From contig JBAZVG010000001.1 in assembly GCA_041661005.1 (NCBI GenBank), forward strand, positions 671,515-735,514: 64,000 nt of DNA, read 5' to 3'. The notes under the pieces were generated by a model. It did not search any database. It saw nothing but the letters and a program-made list of their open reading frames with translations, and was not told where the DNA came from. A program made the position numbers and the translations under genes. Within the stretch, counting starts at the first letter, position 1; every line of letters starts with the position of its first letter. The stretch comes from Minisyncoccota bacterium (GTDB lineage: Bacteria; Patescibacteriota; Minisyncoccia; Phycocordibacterales; UBA9973). This document shows, piece by piece, positions 56,759 through 64,000 of this stretch.

Positions 56759-57322
56759 TTAACGTAAATCAAATTTCTTCATTAAGTGTAGTTGATTATC
56801 TATCTTTTCAGCTAAAATAAAACGTACATGTTTTCTGGCGTCATAGAATTCTAAAATAAATTCAATTTCTTTGTTGCAAGGGTAGGGGAATACAAATACT
56901 GATTTCTGGAGTTCAATCAAGCCTATTTCTTTAAAATGCAAACGAAGAGAATCGCGCATTTTTCTTAATTTTTCTGGGATATCAAACATTACGACCCTCC
57001 ATTTTTTATCCCAATGAGCTAACTTCTTAATCTCTAAGTTGTCAATATTAAATCGCAGAGCTTTTTGTTTTCCATTCTCACTTAAAACCAGAGTAGTTGT
57101 GCCATCCTTGTGATGTTCTTCACTTACTAAATGCGAAGTGTATAAAGAATTGATTGCTCTTCGCAGGGCTTGACGATTCTCCCTTTCCCATTCTTTGGGT
57201 ATTTGTTTTAAAATCCACCAATGTTTTTTAGGTGATCTAGTTAAGCTCAGTGCAATACCTGCCAATAGAAGTAAAAGCACTTTCTTTTTTAGATTTCCCA
57301 TTCGCGGTGTATCGTGCTTCAT
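56759..57322 (-). CDS. PaaX_C-like domain protein with N-terminal TM segment
   Basis: 'HWDKKWRVVMFDIPEKLRKMRDSLRLHFKEIGLIELQKSVFVFP' matches the PaaX C-terminal pattern (W..W.lv.f.iPe..R..R..Lr..L...Gf..lq.svw..P). Confidence 0.55.
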   Translation of the reverse strand: MKHDTPRMGNLKKKVLLLLLAGIALSLTRSPKKHWWILKQIPKEWERENRQALRRAINSLYTSHLVSEEHHKDGTTTLVLSENGKQKALRFNIDNLEIKKLAHWDKKWRVVMFDIPEKLRKMRDSLRLHFKEIGLIELQKSVFVFPYPCNKEIEFILEFYDARKHVRFILAEKIDNQLHLMKKFDLR

Positions 57323-57332
57323 CTATGCATTA

Positions 57333-57364
57333 TAGCATTAACAAACGGTCGTACACTAATGCTG
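57333..57364. repeat. 32-nt direct repeat (copy 2) flanking PaaX-like gene
   Basis: 'tagcattaacaaacggtcgtacactaatgctg'. Confidence 0.9.
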
Positions 57365-57417
57365 AGGTGTATAAATTTGTTTTTCAGACGGAAAGATATA
57401 TAATAAATAACAATAAA

Positions 57418-57918
57418 ATGAGAATTCCAATTGTAAATGAACAAGACGAGATTATAAAAATTATTGATTCAACTGATAGACAGAAATCTGATATTTGTCG
57501 GGTTTCTGCTCTTTGGGTTACAGATAGGGACGGTAATGTATTACTTGCACAACGATCTTTTAGTAAAAAATTCAGTCCTGGACTTTGGGGTCCAGCAGTT
57601 GCAGGGACACTAGAAGAAGGAGAAACTTATGAATCAAATATTTTGAAAGAAGCTCAGGAAGAAATTAATCTTGTTGGCATAAAGCCAAATAAAGAAAACA
57701 AAACACGCATGTCCACTACTCATGAATATTTTTGTCAGTGGTTTAGCGTGGTGGTTGATGGTGGATATCCTTTTGTAAAACAGGATTCCGAAGTAGAAAA
57801 AGTTAAATGGTTTACAAAGGAGGAATTGCTGAAATTGTTTGCTGATAAACCAGAAATATTTGTACAGAGTTTCAAATATTTAGTAAATTATTTTATAAAA
57901 CATGCAAATCAAAGTTAA
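57418..57918 (+). CDS. NUDIX hydrolase
   Basis: Nudix box 'GTLEEGETYESNILKEAQEEINL'. The start was refined to the ATG at 57418; the upstream part of the ORF-caller frame reads through repeat copy 2. Confidence 0.75.
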   Translation: MRIPIVNEQDEIIKIIDSTDRQKSDICRVSALWVTDRDGNVLLAQRSFSKKFSPGLWGPAVAGTLEEGETYESNILKEAQEEINLVGIKPNKENKTRMSTTHEYFCQWFSVVVDGGYPFVKQDSEVEKVKWFTKEELLKLFADKPEIFVQSFKYLVNYFIKHANQS

Positions 57919-58324
57919 AAAACTTAAAGAGGGAGCGAAGTTGCCGAAGTATCATCATCCGGGAGATGTGGGGATGGATCTGTATTCGATGGAGACGGTG
58001 ACGGTAAAGCCGGGCGAGCATTATCGTTTTTGGCATGGTTTTGCGCTGGAATTTCCCGAAGGGTATGGGGCTATTATTATGGATAAAGGGAGTATTTCCA
58101 AAGCTGGCTTTGTCCACATGGGCGGGGTGTATGATCCAGGATACAGAGGTGAATACAACACACTTTTAGTAAATTTGTCTGATAAAGCGTATACTTTCGA
58201 GGAAGGTGATAAAGTTTCTCAGCTTGTGATCGTGCCTGTCGTTATCGCAAAGTTAAAAGAGGTTGATAAGTTGAATGAATCTGCGCGTGGTGAAGGAAGG
58301 TTTGGAAGCACAGGTAAAAAATAG
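57902..58324 (+). CDS. dut: dUTP diphosphatase
   Basis: 'GDVGMDLYS' and 'GVYDPGYRGE' motifs. Confidence 0.9.
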   Translation: MQIKVKKLKEGAKLPKYHHPGDVGMDLYSMETVTVKPGEHYRFWHGFALEFPEGYGAIIMDKGSISKAGFVHMGGVYDPGYRGEYNTLLVNLSDKAYTFEEGDKVSQLVIVPVVIAKLKEVDKLNESARGEGRFGSTGKK

Positions 58325-58325
58325 T

Positions 58326-58417
58326 GCGAAGTTTTTGTAAAATTTCTTGAAACTGCGCCCTCGAGGTCATAAGGACAGGGAACCCACACGTTTCTTAAAA
58401 TTTTGCAAAAACTTCGC
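58326..58417. repeat. Long hairpin element: ~28-bp AT-rich inverted repeat around a 36-nt GC-rich core, between dut and argS
   Basis: Left arm 'gcgaagtttttgtaaaatttcttgaaac'; right arm reverse complement 'gcgaagtttttgcaaaattttaagaaac'. The core 'tgcgccctcgaggtcataaggacagggaacccacac' contains the palindrome cctcgagg. Confidence 0.8.
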
Positions 58418-58425
58418 TTGATTAT

Positions 58426-60168
58426 ATGCAGAACAAGATAATAAATTTAATAAAAGACGCACTAAAAAATCTCGATATAGAGGTTAGTGATATTGCGCTG
58501 GAACATCCGGCAGATTTGAAAATGGGGGATTATTCTACAAATGTAGCCATGGCTATCGCCAAAAATGTTAAAAGCAGTCCGAAAGAGTTGGCGGAGAAGA
58601 TAGTTGTTGAGATAGCGAGATTGAATTTAGACAAGAATATAGAAAAAGTGGAAGTGGCCGGAGCGGGTTTCATAAATTTTCATCTATCGCGTAAATTTTT
58701 TGCTAAAAGCGTTGAAGAGATTGTAAACGAGGGGAACGACGTTGGTAAAAATAAAACTCTATCCGGTAAAAAAATAATGATCGAATATACCGACCCGAAC
58801 CCTTTCAAGCCTTTTCACATCGGGCACTTGATGACGAATGCTATAGGTGAATCGGTGGCGAGAATTTTAGAACATTCTGGAGCGGAAATTTCTCGCGCCA
58901 ATTATCAGGGCGACGTGGGGCTTCATGTGGCGAAGGCTATTTGGGGTCTTCAAAAAGATAAAAAACTACAAGACCAGAGTTATTCTAATGTTATACAAGC
59001 GACAAATATTGGCCTTGCGTATGCCGAAGGTAGCCAGGCTTATGAAGATGATCCGAAGGCCAAGTCTGAAATAGATGAAATAAATAAGAAAATTTACAAC
59101 AAGGATGATAAAAAAATAAACGAGATTTATGATTGGGGTTTTAAGGTAACAATGGAGGCTTTCGAAGATTTATATAAAATACTTGGCACCGAATTTAATT
59201 TTTCTTTCTTGGAAAGCCAGATGGCGGAAATTGGGGAGAGAATAGTGAAAGACAATCTTGATAAATTTATAGATTCCCCAAAAAGTAAAATGATTTTTGA
59301 AAAATCTGATGATGCTATCGTTTTCAAAGCTGAAAAGCATGATCCGAAACTTCACACCCGAGTTTTTATCACTAGAGAAGGTTTGCCCACTTATGAGACA
59401 AAGGAATTGGGGCTGACCGAAGAAAAATTTAAGACAGATCCGGATATGGACTTATCTATTGTCATTACCGCGAACGAACAAGCAGAGTATATGAAAGTCG
59501 TCGGGAAAGCCATTTCCCTGATCCACCCAGAACACGAGAAAAAAATGTTCCACATCACCCACGGCATGATGAGGTTTGCAGAAGGGAAAATGGGTTCGAG
59601 AAAAGGCAATGTGATTACCGGAGAGTCGCTCATTCGCGAGACGATAGAACTCATAAAAGAAAAAATGCGCGAGCGTGATTGGGATGAAGAAGAAAAAAGT
59701 AAAATTGCAGAGATGGTGGGTGTGGCATCCATAAAATATTCGATTCTTCGCTCGACTTCTGGCAGTGATATCGTTTTTAACAGAGAAGAATCAATCTCGA
59801 CCGAAGGGGATTCTGGTCCATATCTGCAATATTCCTATGCTCGCGCCAATTCTGTCTTAGAAAAAGCAAAGCTCGAAGATATCTTGCCAGACCCGCATGC
59901 ATATCCTCCTGAGATTTTTGAAGTGGAAAAATTATTATATAAATTCCCAGAAGTTGTCCTGCGTTCTTCTTCCGAATATGAACCACATTACATTGCAAAC
60001 TATTTGATCGAAGTCGCCCGCGCCTTCAATAGTTTTTATGGCAACAATTTGATTGTAGACAAAGCTGACAAAACTTCATCTTACAAAGTCGCTCTGACCT
60101 ACGCCTTCACCTTTGTCATGAAAAAAGGTTTGCATCTGCTTGGAATTAAGGCACCGGGGAAGATGTAA
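58426..60168 (+). CDS. argS: Arginine--tRNA ligase
   Basis: Class I 'HIGH' motif ('FHIGHLMTNAIGES') plus DALR anticodon-binding domain, 580 aa. Confidence 0.95.
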   Translation: MQNKIINLIKDALKNLDIEVSDIALEHPADLKMGDYSTNVAMAIAKNVKSSPKELAEKIVVEIARLNLDKNIEKVEVAGAGFINFHLSRKFFAKSVEEIVNEGNDVGKNKTLSGKKIMIEYTDPNPFKPFHIGHLMTNAIGESVARILEHSGAEISRANYQGDVGLHVAKAIWGLQKDKKLQDQSYSNVIQATNIGLAYAEGSQAYEDDPKAKSEIDEINKKIYNKDDKKINEIYDWGFKVTMEAFEDLYKILGTEFNFSFLESQMAEIGERIVKDNLDKFIDSPKSKMIFEKSDDAIVFKAEKHDPKLHTRVFITREGLPTYETKELGLTEEKFKTDPDMDLSIVITANEQAEYMKVVGKAISLIHPEHEKKMFHITHGMMRFAEGKMGSRKGNVITGESLIRETIELIKEKMRERDWDEEEKSKIAEMVGVASIKYSILRSTSGSDIVFNREESISTEGDSGPYLQYSYARANSVLEKAKLEDILPDPHAYPPEIFEVEKLLYKFPEVVLRSSSEYEPHYIANYLIEVARAFNSFYGNNLIVDKADKTSSYKVALTYAFTFVMKKGLHLLGIKAPGKM

Positions 60169-60193
60169 TTACGTAATAGATTACGTAACAATT
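60165..60193. promoter_or_regulatory. Tandem 'attacgtaa' palindromic motifs immediately after argS stop
   Basis: 'gtaattacgtaatagattacgtaacaatt'. The same 9-mer is the core of the 30-bp palindrome at 62479-62508. Confidence 0.5.
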
Positions 60194-60312
60194 ATTAAAA
60201 AATTTGGCAGAAAAAGAGGCGGGATTACAGCCAGACTGGAAAAATTAGGGTTAATATAACATAATTAAGTTGAACTTTAAATTTCCACCAGAAGTGCTAT
60301 AGTTCAAGGGTT

Positions 60313-61671
60313 ATGTCTGTAGATGACTTCAAAAACGTTGAAGAGGATAGACTAAAAGGTTTTTTGAAATATCCCTTAGAGACCAAAAATGTAGACTATA
60401 AATCTGGAGAAGCAATCTCCAGTAAAAACCCTTTTTCCTATAAGCTAATAAAACACATACTTGGATTCGCCAATACAGGTGGGGGCTATATAGTTATAGG
60501 TTATCAAGAGGATGGAAATAAAATACCTCAACCTCAAGACATATCAAAAGAGGTGTTAGCCTCTTATGATCCAAGCTCACTAGCTCAGATGGCGGAAAGT
60601 TTTACATCTGGAGAAAAAGTAAATTTGGAAATTCATAAAGTGTTAAATAGTGAGAACCAAAAAATATATCCAATAATAAAAGTTTCTGGTTTTAGCGAAA
60701 AACCATTTTTTTGTAAAAAAGAGTATAGAGATCCAGTAAGTAAAGATACTATTCTAAAAACCAACGCTTTGTATGTGAGGGTTTCTTCATCTAGAACTAT
60801 AGAGCTTGCAAGCCCAGAAGATTGGAACGATCTCATAGATCAATGTGTAGGCAAAAGGCAAGAAGCTTTCCTTTTTCGTTTCAAAGACTTAATGAAAGAA
60901 GTAGGTTTTATGGATTTAAAAAAAATAACAAAAAAAAATGAAGACCTCGAAGATAATGTAGAAAACTCAAACCAAAATAAAGTTAAAAAAGAATTGGTTC
61001 AAAAAAAGATGGAGTTTGCGGGTCTGGAAGTTTTCCACGAATTACCAAATAATTCTAAAAAATGGAATAGAAAAGAACTGATCGATTCCGCAGAAAAATC
61101 CCAACAGCCGAACACAGGATGGCCTATTGGTGTTATGTTAAGACATAATAAAGAAGGAATGCCAAAACCTACTGAAAATGGCATAGAGTTAAAATTAGCC
61201 GATGGTTCTAATAAAACATATGACTACTGGAGCTTAAATGAAACCGGAACTTTCTATTTTTTTCGAAATTTTCAAGAAGATGAAATAAATGATTCGGAAA
61301 AGAAACGGAAACTATTTTTTGATACTAGGATTTGGAGAGTAATAGAAGCTATTAAACACGCAGTAAGTTTATATAAAGCTTTAGGTGTTAGTCCTACAGA
61401 AAAAATATTACTAAAAATAAAACACGCCGGTATCAATAATAGAGAATTAACTGCTGGTAATCCAATGAGGATGATGTGGCATCATATAAGTGGAGATTTA
61501 AAAGAAGTTTCTTGGGAAAAAGCAGTTTCTTTTGATGATTTATTAGTTAATGGTGAAGAATTTACCAAAGAGATTGTTAGGGAACTTTTTCTTATGTTTG
61601 AATATTGGGTTCCTGAGGATAGTGTTTTGGACGGTGTTATAGAAGAGTATAATAAATCTAAGGTTAGATAA
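60313..61671 (+). CDS. AlbA_2 (Schlafen-like, 'divergent AAA') domain protein
   Basis: 'KLIKHILGFANTGGGYIVIGYQEDGNKIP' matches the AlbA_2 core (...AfaNt.GG.l.iGv.ddg...). Confidence 0.6.
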   Translation: MSVDDFKNVEEDRLKGFLKYPLETKNVDYKSGEAISSKNPFSYKLIKHILGFANTGGGYIVIGYQEDGNKIPQPQDISKEVLASYDPSSLAQMAESFTSGEKVNLEIHKVLNSENQKIYPIIKVSGFSEKPFFCKKEYRDPVSKDTILKTNALYVRVSSSRTIELASPEDWNDLIDQCVGKRQEAFLFRFKDLMKEVGFMDLKKITKKNEDLEDNVENSNQNKVKKELVQKKMEFAGLEVFHELPNNSKKWNRKELIDSAEKSQQPNTGWPIGVMLRHNKEGMPKPTENGIELKLADGSNKTYDYWSLNETGTFYFFRNFQEDEINDSEKKRKLFFDTRIWRVIEAIKHAVSLYKALGVSPTEKILLKIKHAGINNRELTAGNPMRMMWHHISGDLKEVSWEKAVSFDDLLVNGEEFTKEIVRELFLMFEYWVPEDSVLDGVIEEYNKSKVR

Positions 61672-61673
61672 AA

Positions 61674-62387
61674 ATGAAAAACAATATAATAAAATTTAAA
61701 AAATGGTTTATCTATCTTGGTTATTTCTTAGTTTTAATTATCTCTTTTGTTGCGGCATCATTATTGCCAACAAGTGAAATTTTAAAAGGTATTGTAATGA
61801 CCCCAGGTATTGGGGCTTTGTGTCTTTTTTTGAACCAATTATGGCGAGATGAAAAAGCCCATGAACGTGCTCTCGAATTACAGAATAAGCAACAAGATTT
61901 TGCTTTAGGAACAGCATCACACATGGCTGATGTAGCATACAATAAACATGTGGAATTCTGTGAAGATTATATGAAGCGGGTACAAGAAGGGTTCCAAGAA
62001 TTGCTAAGAGATGGTCCTTCAGTAAATGCAATAAAAATTGGACGTGAACTAGTAGGAATAAGAAAGAAGCATTCTTGCTGGCTTACAAAAGAAATCGAAA
62101 AAAGTCTGGAGCCTTTTGAGCATGCATTAATTAAGATAGGCGCTAAGGAAAATTTTCTTCAAAATGCAAAGTTGGATGTAGGAGAAATGAGAACAAAAGT
62201 AGTGAATGAGATTTTTGATTCCTTTGGGTTAATATTAGGGGATAGGAAATCTCTCAATGAAGAAGAAGCTGGAATTGCCATAGATGAGGTTATCGAAAAA
62301 ATAAGAAAAATACTTGGTATCAATATCTTGACCGAATTAAGGCTCAAGGCCTCTGAATTAGCTCTCAAAAGAGTAGAAGGTATATAG
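61674..62387 (+). CDS. Hypothetical membrane-anchored protein (1-2 N-terminal TM helices), partner of the AlbA_2 gene
   Basis: Its start is 3 nt after the previous stop. TM region 'WFIYLGYFLVLIISFVAASLL'. No recognisable domain. Confidence 0.5.
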   Translation: MKNNIIKFKKWFIYLGYFLVLIISFVAASLLPTSEILKGIVMTPGIGALCLFLNQLWRDEKAHERALELQNKQQDFALGTASHMADVAYNKHVEFCEDYMKRVQEGFQELLRDGPSVNAIKIGRELVGIRKKHSCWLTKEIEKSLEPFEHALIKIGAKENFLQNAKLDVGEMRTKVVNEIFDSFGLILGDRKSLNEEEAGIAIDEVIEKIRKILGINILTELRLKASELALKRVEGI

Positions 62388-62478
62388 TTTAGACTTGTTA
62401 TGGTAGCTGTTTAAACAGCCCTAACCTATTTCCAGAAAGCTAGGATTTAGAACAGTCCTTAACTTATGCTAAAATAAG

Positions 62479-62508
62479 TATGTAATCAATTACGTAATTA
62501 ATTACATA
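62479..62508. promoter_or_regulatory. 30-bp near-perfect palindrome tatgtaatcaattacgtaattaattacata upstream of AbrB-like gene
   Basis: The dyad is centred on tacgta and ends 3 nt before the start codon at 62512. Confidence 0.55.
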
Positions 62509-62511
62509 CAT

Positions 62512-62697
62512 ATGGGAGTACAAAAACTTATAAATCAAAATGTGCGGAAGATAACAAAACTGGGAGGGAAGTCTTTGGCGGTCACATTGCCGAGGGAGCT
62601 CGTGGTAGAGCTCGGATGGAAGGAAAAGCAAAAAGTGGTGGTAAAGAAAAAAGGTAGTAAATTAATTATTAGCGATTGGAAACCGAAGGGAAGATAA
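62512..62697 (+). CDS. AbrB/MazE/SpoVT-type small DNA-binding protein (antitoxin-like, solo)
   Basis: 61 aa. 'RKITKLGGKSLAVTLPRELVVELGWKEKQKVVV' has a looped-hinge-helix pattern. Confidence 0.55.
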   Translation: MGVQKLINQNVRKITKLGGKSLAVTLPRELVVELGWKEKQKVVVKKKGSKLIISDWKPKGR

Positions 62698-62748
62698 CGG
62701 ATTTTAACCTGTCCCGTACCGAGCTTGTCTCTGGTTCGGGATTAAAGA

Positions 62749-63321
62749 TTGGAAGAAATGAAATCAAACATTTTTATTTTTCACGGAACAGAAGGTCATC
62801 CAAATGAAAATTGGTTTCCTTGGCTAAAGGAAAAACTTGAAGCAAAAGGTAACAAAGTTTTTGTGCCACAATTTCCTTCACCGCCAGTGGTGCCAGCGAA
62901 AATTTCAGAATGGTTTGAAGTGCTAAAAGAATACGAACAATATATTAACGAAGATACTATTTTAATCGGGCATAGTTTGGGTGGTGTTTTTACTTTAAGA
63001 GTTTTGGAACAATTGAAACATCCAATAAAAGGTGCTTTTTTGACTGGAACACCGATAGGAGTAAGACCAAATTTAAATTATGACAGAGTTAATGGTTTTA
63101 GTGGTTTTAATTTTGATTGGGGAAAGATAAAAAAGAATGCAAAGCATTTTGATGTATTTCAATCTGACAACGATCCTTATGTGGGACTAGACAATGGGAA
63201 AGAACTGGCAAAAAATCTTGAAGTCGAACTCACATTTATTCCAAACGCAGGACATTTTAATAAAAGAGCAGGATATTTAAGTTTCCCTGATTTATTAGCA
63301 AAAGTTGAAGGAATTTTATGA
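62749..63321 (+). CDS. Alpha/beta hydrolase of the RBBP9/YdeN serine-hydrolase family
   Basis: 'IFIFHG', the 'IGHSLGG' nucleophile elbow and C-terminal 'DPYV' and 'GHF' motifs. Confidence 0.7.
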   Translation: MEEMKSNIFIFHGTEGHPNENWFPWLKEKLEAKGNKVFVPQFPSPPVVPAKISEWFEVLKEYEQYINEDTILIGHSLGGVFTLRVLEQLKHPIKGAFLTGTPIGVRPNLNYDRVNGFSGFNFDWGKIKKNAKHFDVFQSDNDPYVGLDNGKELAKNLEVELTFIPNAGHFNKRAGYLSFPDLLAKVEGIL

Positions 63322-64000
63322 AGTCAAAACTATTTAAATTTCTTAAGTTATTATTAAAAATAATCACACTTCTTATCGTAGTATATTTTATATTCTCTAT
63401 CATTGTACGACCGTCCTTGAATCGACAATGGAATAAGGATCAAGAAGTTTTGGCGCGAGCGACTTTTAATGAGAATATTATTTCCATTAAAAATATTCGA
63501 AATATAAACTATCGATCAACTACAGATTATGATGTTCGATATTACGATAAAGTTTTTGATTTAAATAAATTAAATTCAGTTTGGTATATGGTTGAGCCCT
63601 TTACGGGGCATGGGGCTGGGGCAGCGCATACTTTAGTTTCTTTTGGATTTGAAAATGGAGACTATGTTTCCATATCTGTCGAAATACGAAAAGAAAAAGG
63701 GGAATCTTTTGGAGCAATAAAAGGACTTTTGAGGCAGTACGAACTAGTCTATGTTATTGCTGACGAAAGAGATGTCATAAAACTAAGATCAAATTATCGA
63801 AAAGATGAAGTTTTCTTGTACCCAGTTGTGACTACAAAAGAAAATATGCAAAAGCTTTTCATATCTATGCTTAATAGAGCAAACAAGCTTGCAACTGAAC
63901 CAGAATTTTACAATACTCTGACAAGCACATGTACTACAAATATTGTTTCTCATGTAAATGAAATAGTTCCAAACAGAATTCCTTTTAGTTTTAAAGTTTT
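63318..64000 (+). CDS. DUF4105-like membrane-anchored protein, 3'-truncated by window edge
   Basis: Open frame from the ATG at 63318 (ATGA overlap with the previous stop) with no stop before the window end. N-terminal TM segment and 'TSTCTTN' motif. It is not in the ORF track because no stop lies inside the window. Confidence 0.45.
   Translation, partial: MKSKLFKFLKLLLKIITLLIVVYFIFSIIVRPSLNRQWNKDQEVLARATFNENIISIKNIRNINYRSTTDYDVRYYDKVFDLNKLNSVWYMVEPFTGHGAGAAHTLVSFGFENGDYVSISVEIRKEKGESFGAIKGLLRQYELVYVIADERDVIKLRSNYRKDEVFLYPVVTTKENMQKLFISMLNRANKLATEPEFYNTLTSTCTTNIVSHVNEIVPNRIPFSFKV

Noticed and set aside
58326-58417. T-box leader upstream of argS
   Set aside because: The element is only about 92 nt and fills the whole spacer. 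T-boxes are about 200-300 nt with a specifier loop and a conserved T-box sequence, neither of which I can see.

Overview
The window reads as a gene-dense, low-GC bacterial chromosome segment, probably from a reduced-genome organism. A trigger factor without a PPIase domain, a split ComEC, oversized pilin-like proteins and many secreted repeat proteins resemble Patescibacteria/CPR genomes; this is inference only. Recognisable content includes DNA repair genes (uvrA 5'-partial, uvrC, mutM, ruvA, recJ, rnhA), rpsT, csp and an ABC-F ATPase. A minus-strand copper-homeostasis operon runs csoR-copA plus small membrane and thiol-oxidoreductase-like genes, HMA and cupredoxin-like proteins, preceded by an 18-bp perfect palindromic operator. 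A B12-dependent unit pairs a membrane protein, a class II RNR (nrdJ) and a PduO adenosyltransferase. A type IV pilus cluster (pilB, pilC, three prepilin-like genes) sits next to tpiA-pgk. Also present are one minus-strand tRNA, clpP, tig, hppA (H+-PPase), nusA, sodA, glyA, tmk, dut and argS. The most unusual signal is several families of short (about 40-65 nt), GC-rich, palindrome-containing repeats inserted IN FRAME inside conserved housekeeping genes. One family has near-identical copies in uvrC and rnhA; a second is shared by mutM and copA; a third is shared by uvrA and an intergenic hairpin. This is analogous to Rickettsia palindromic elements. There is also a 64-66-nt intergenic repeat family in three copies with compensatory hairpin changes. 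Two long AT-armed, GC-cored hairpin elements occur, and a PaaX-like gene is bracketed by 32-nt direct repeats. A ~0.5-kb GC-rich foreign-looking ORF lies beside the copper operon. Near the 3' end, an AlbA_2/Schlafen-like gene, a membrane-protein gene and an AbrB-like gene are delimited by 'attacgtaa' palindromes.
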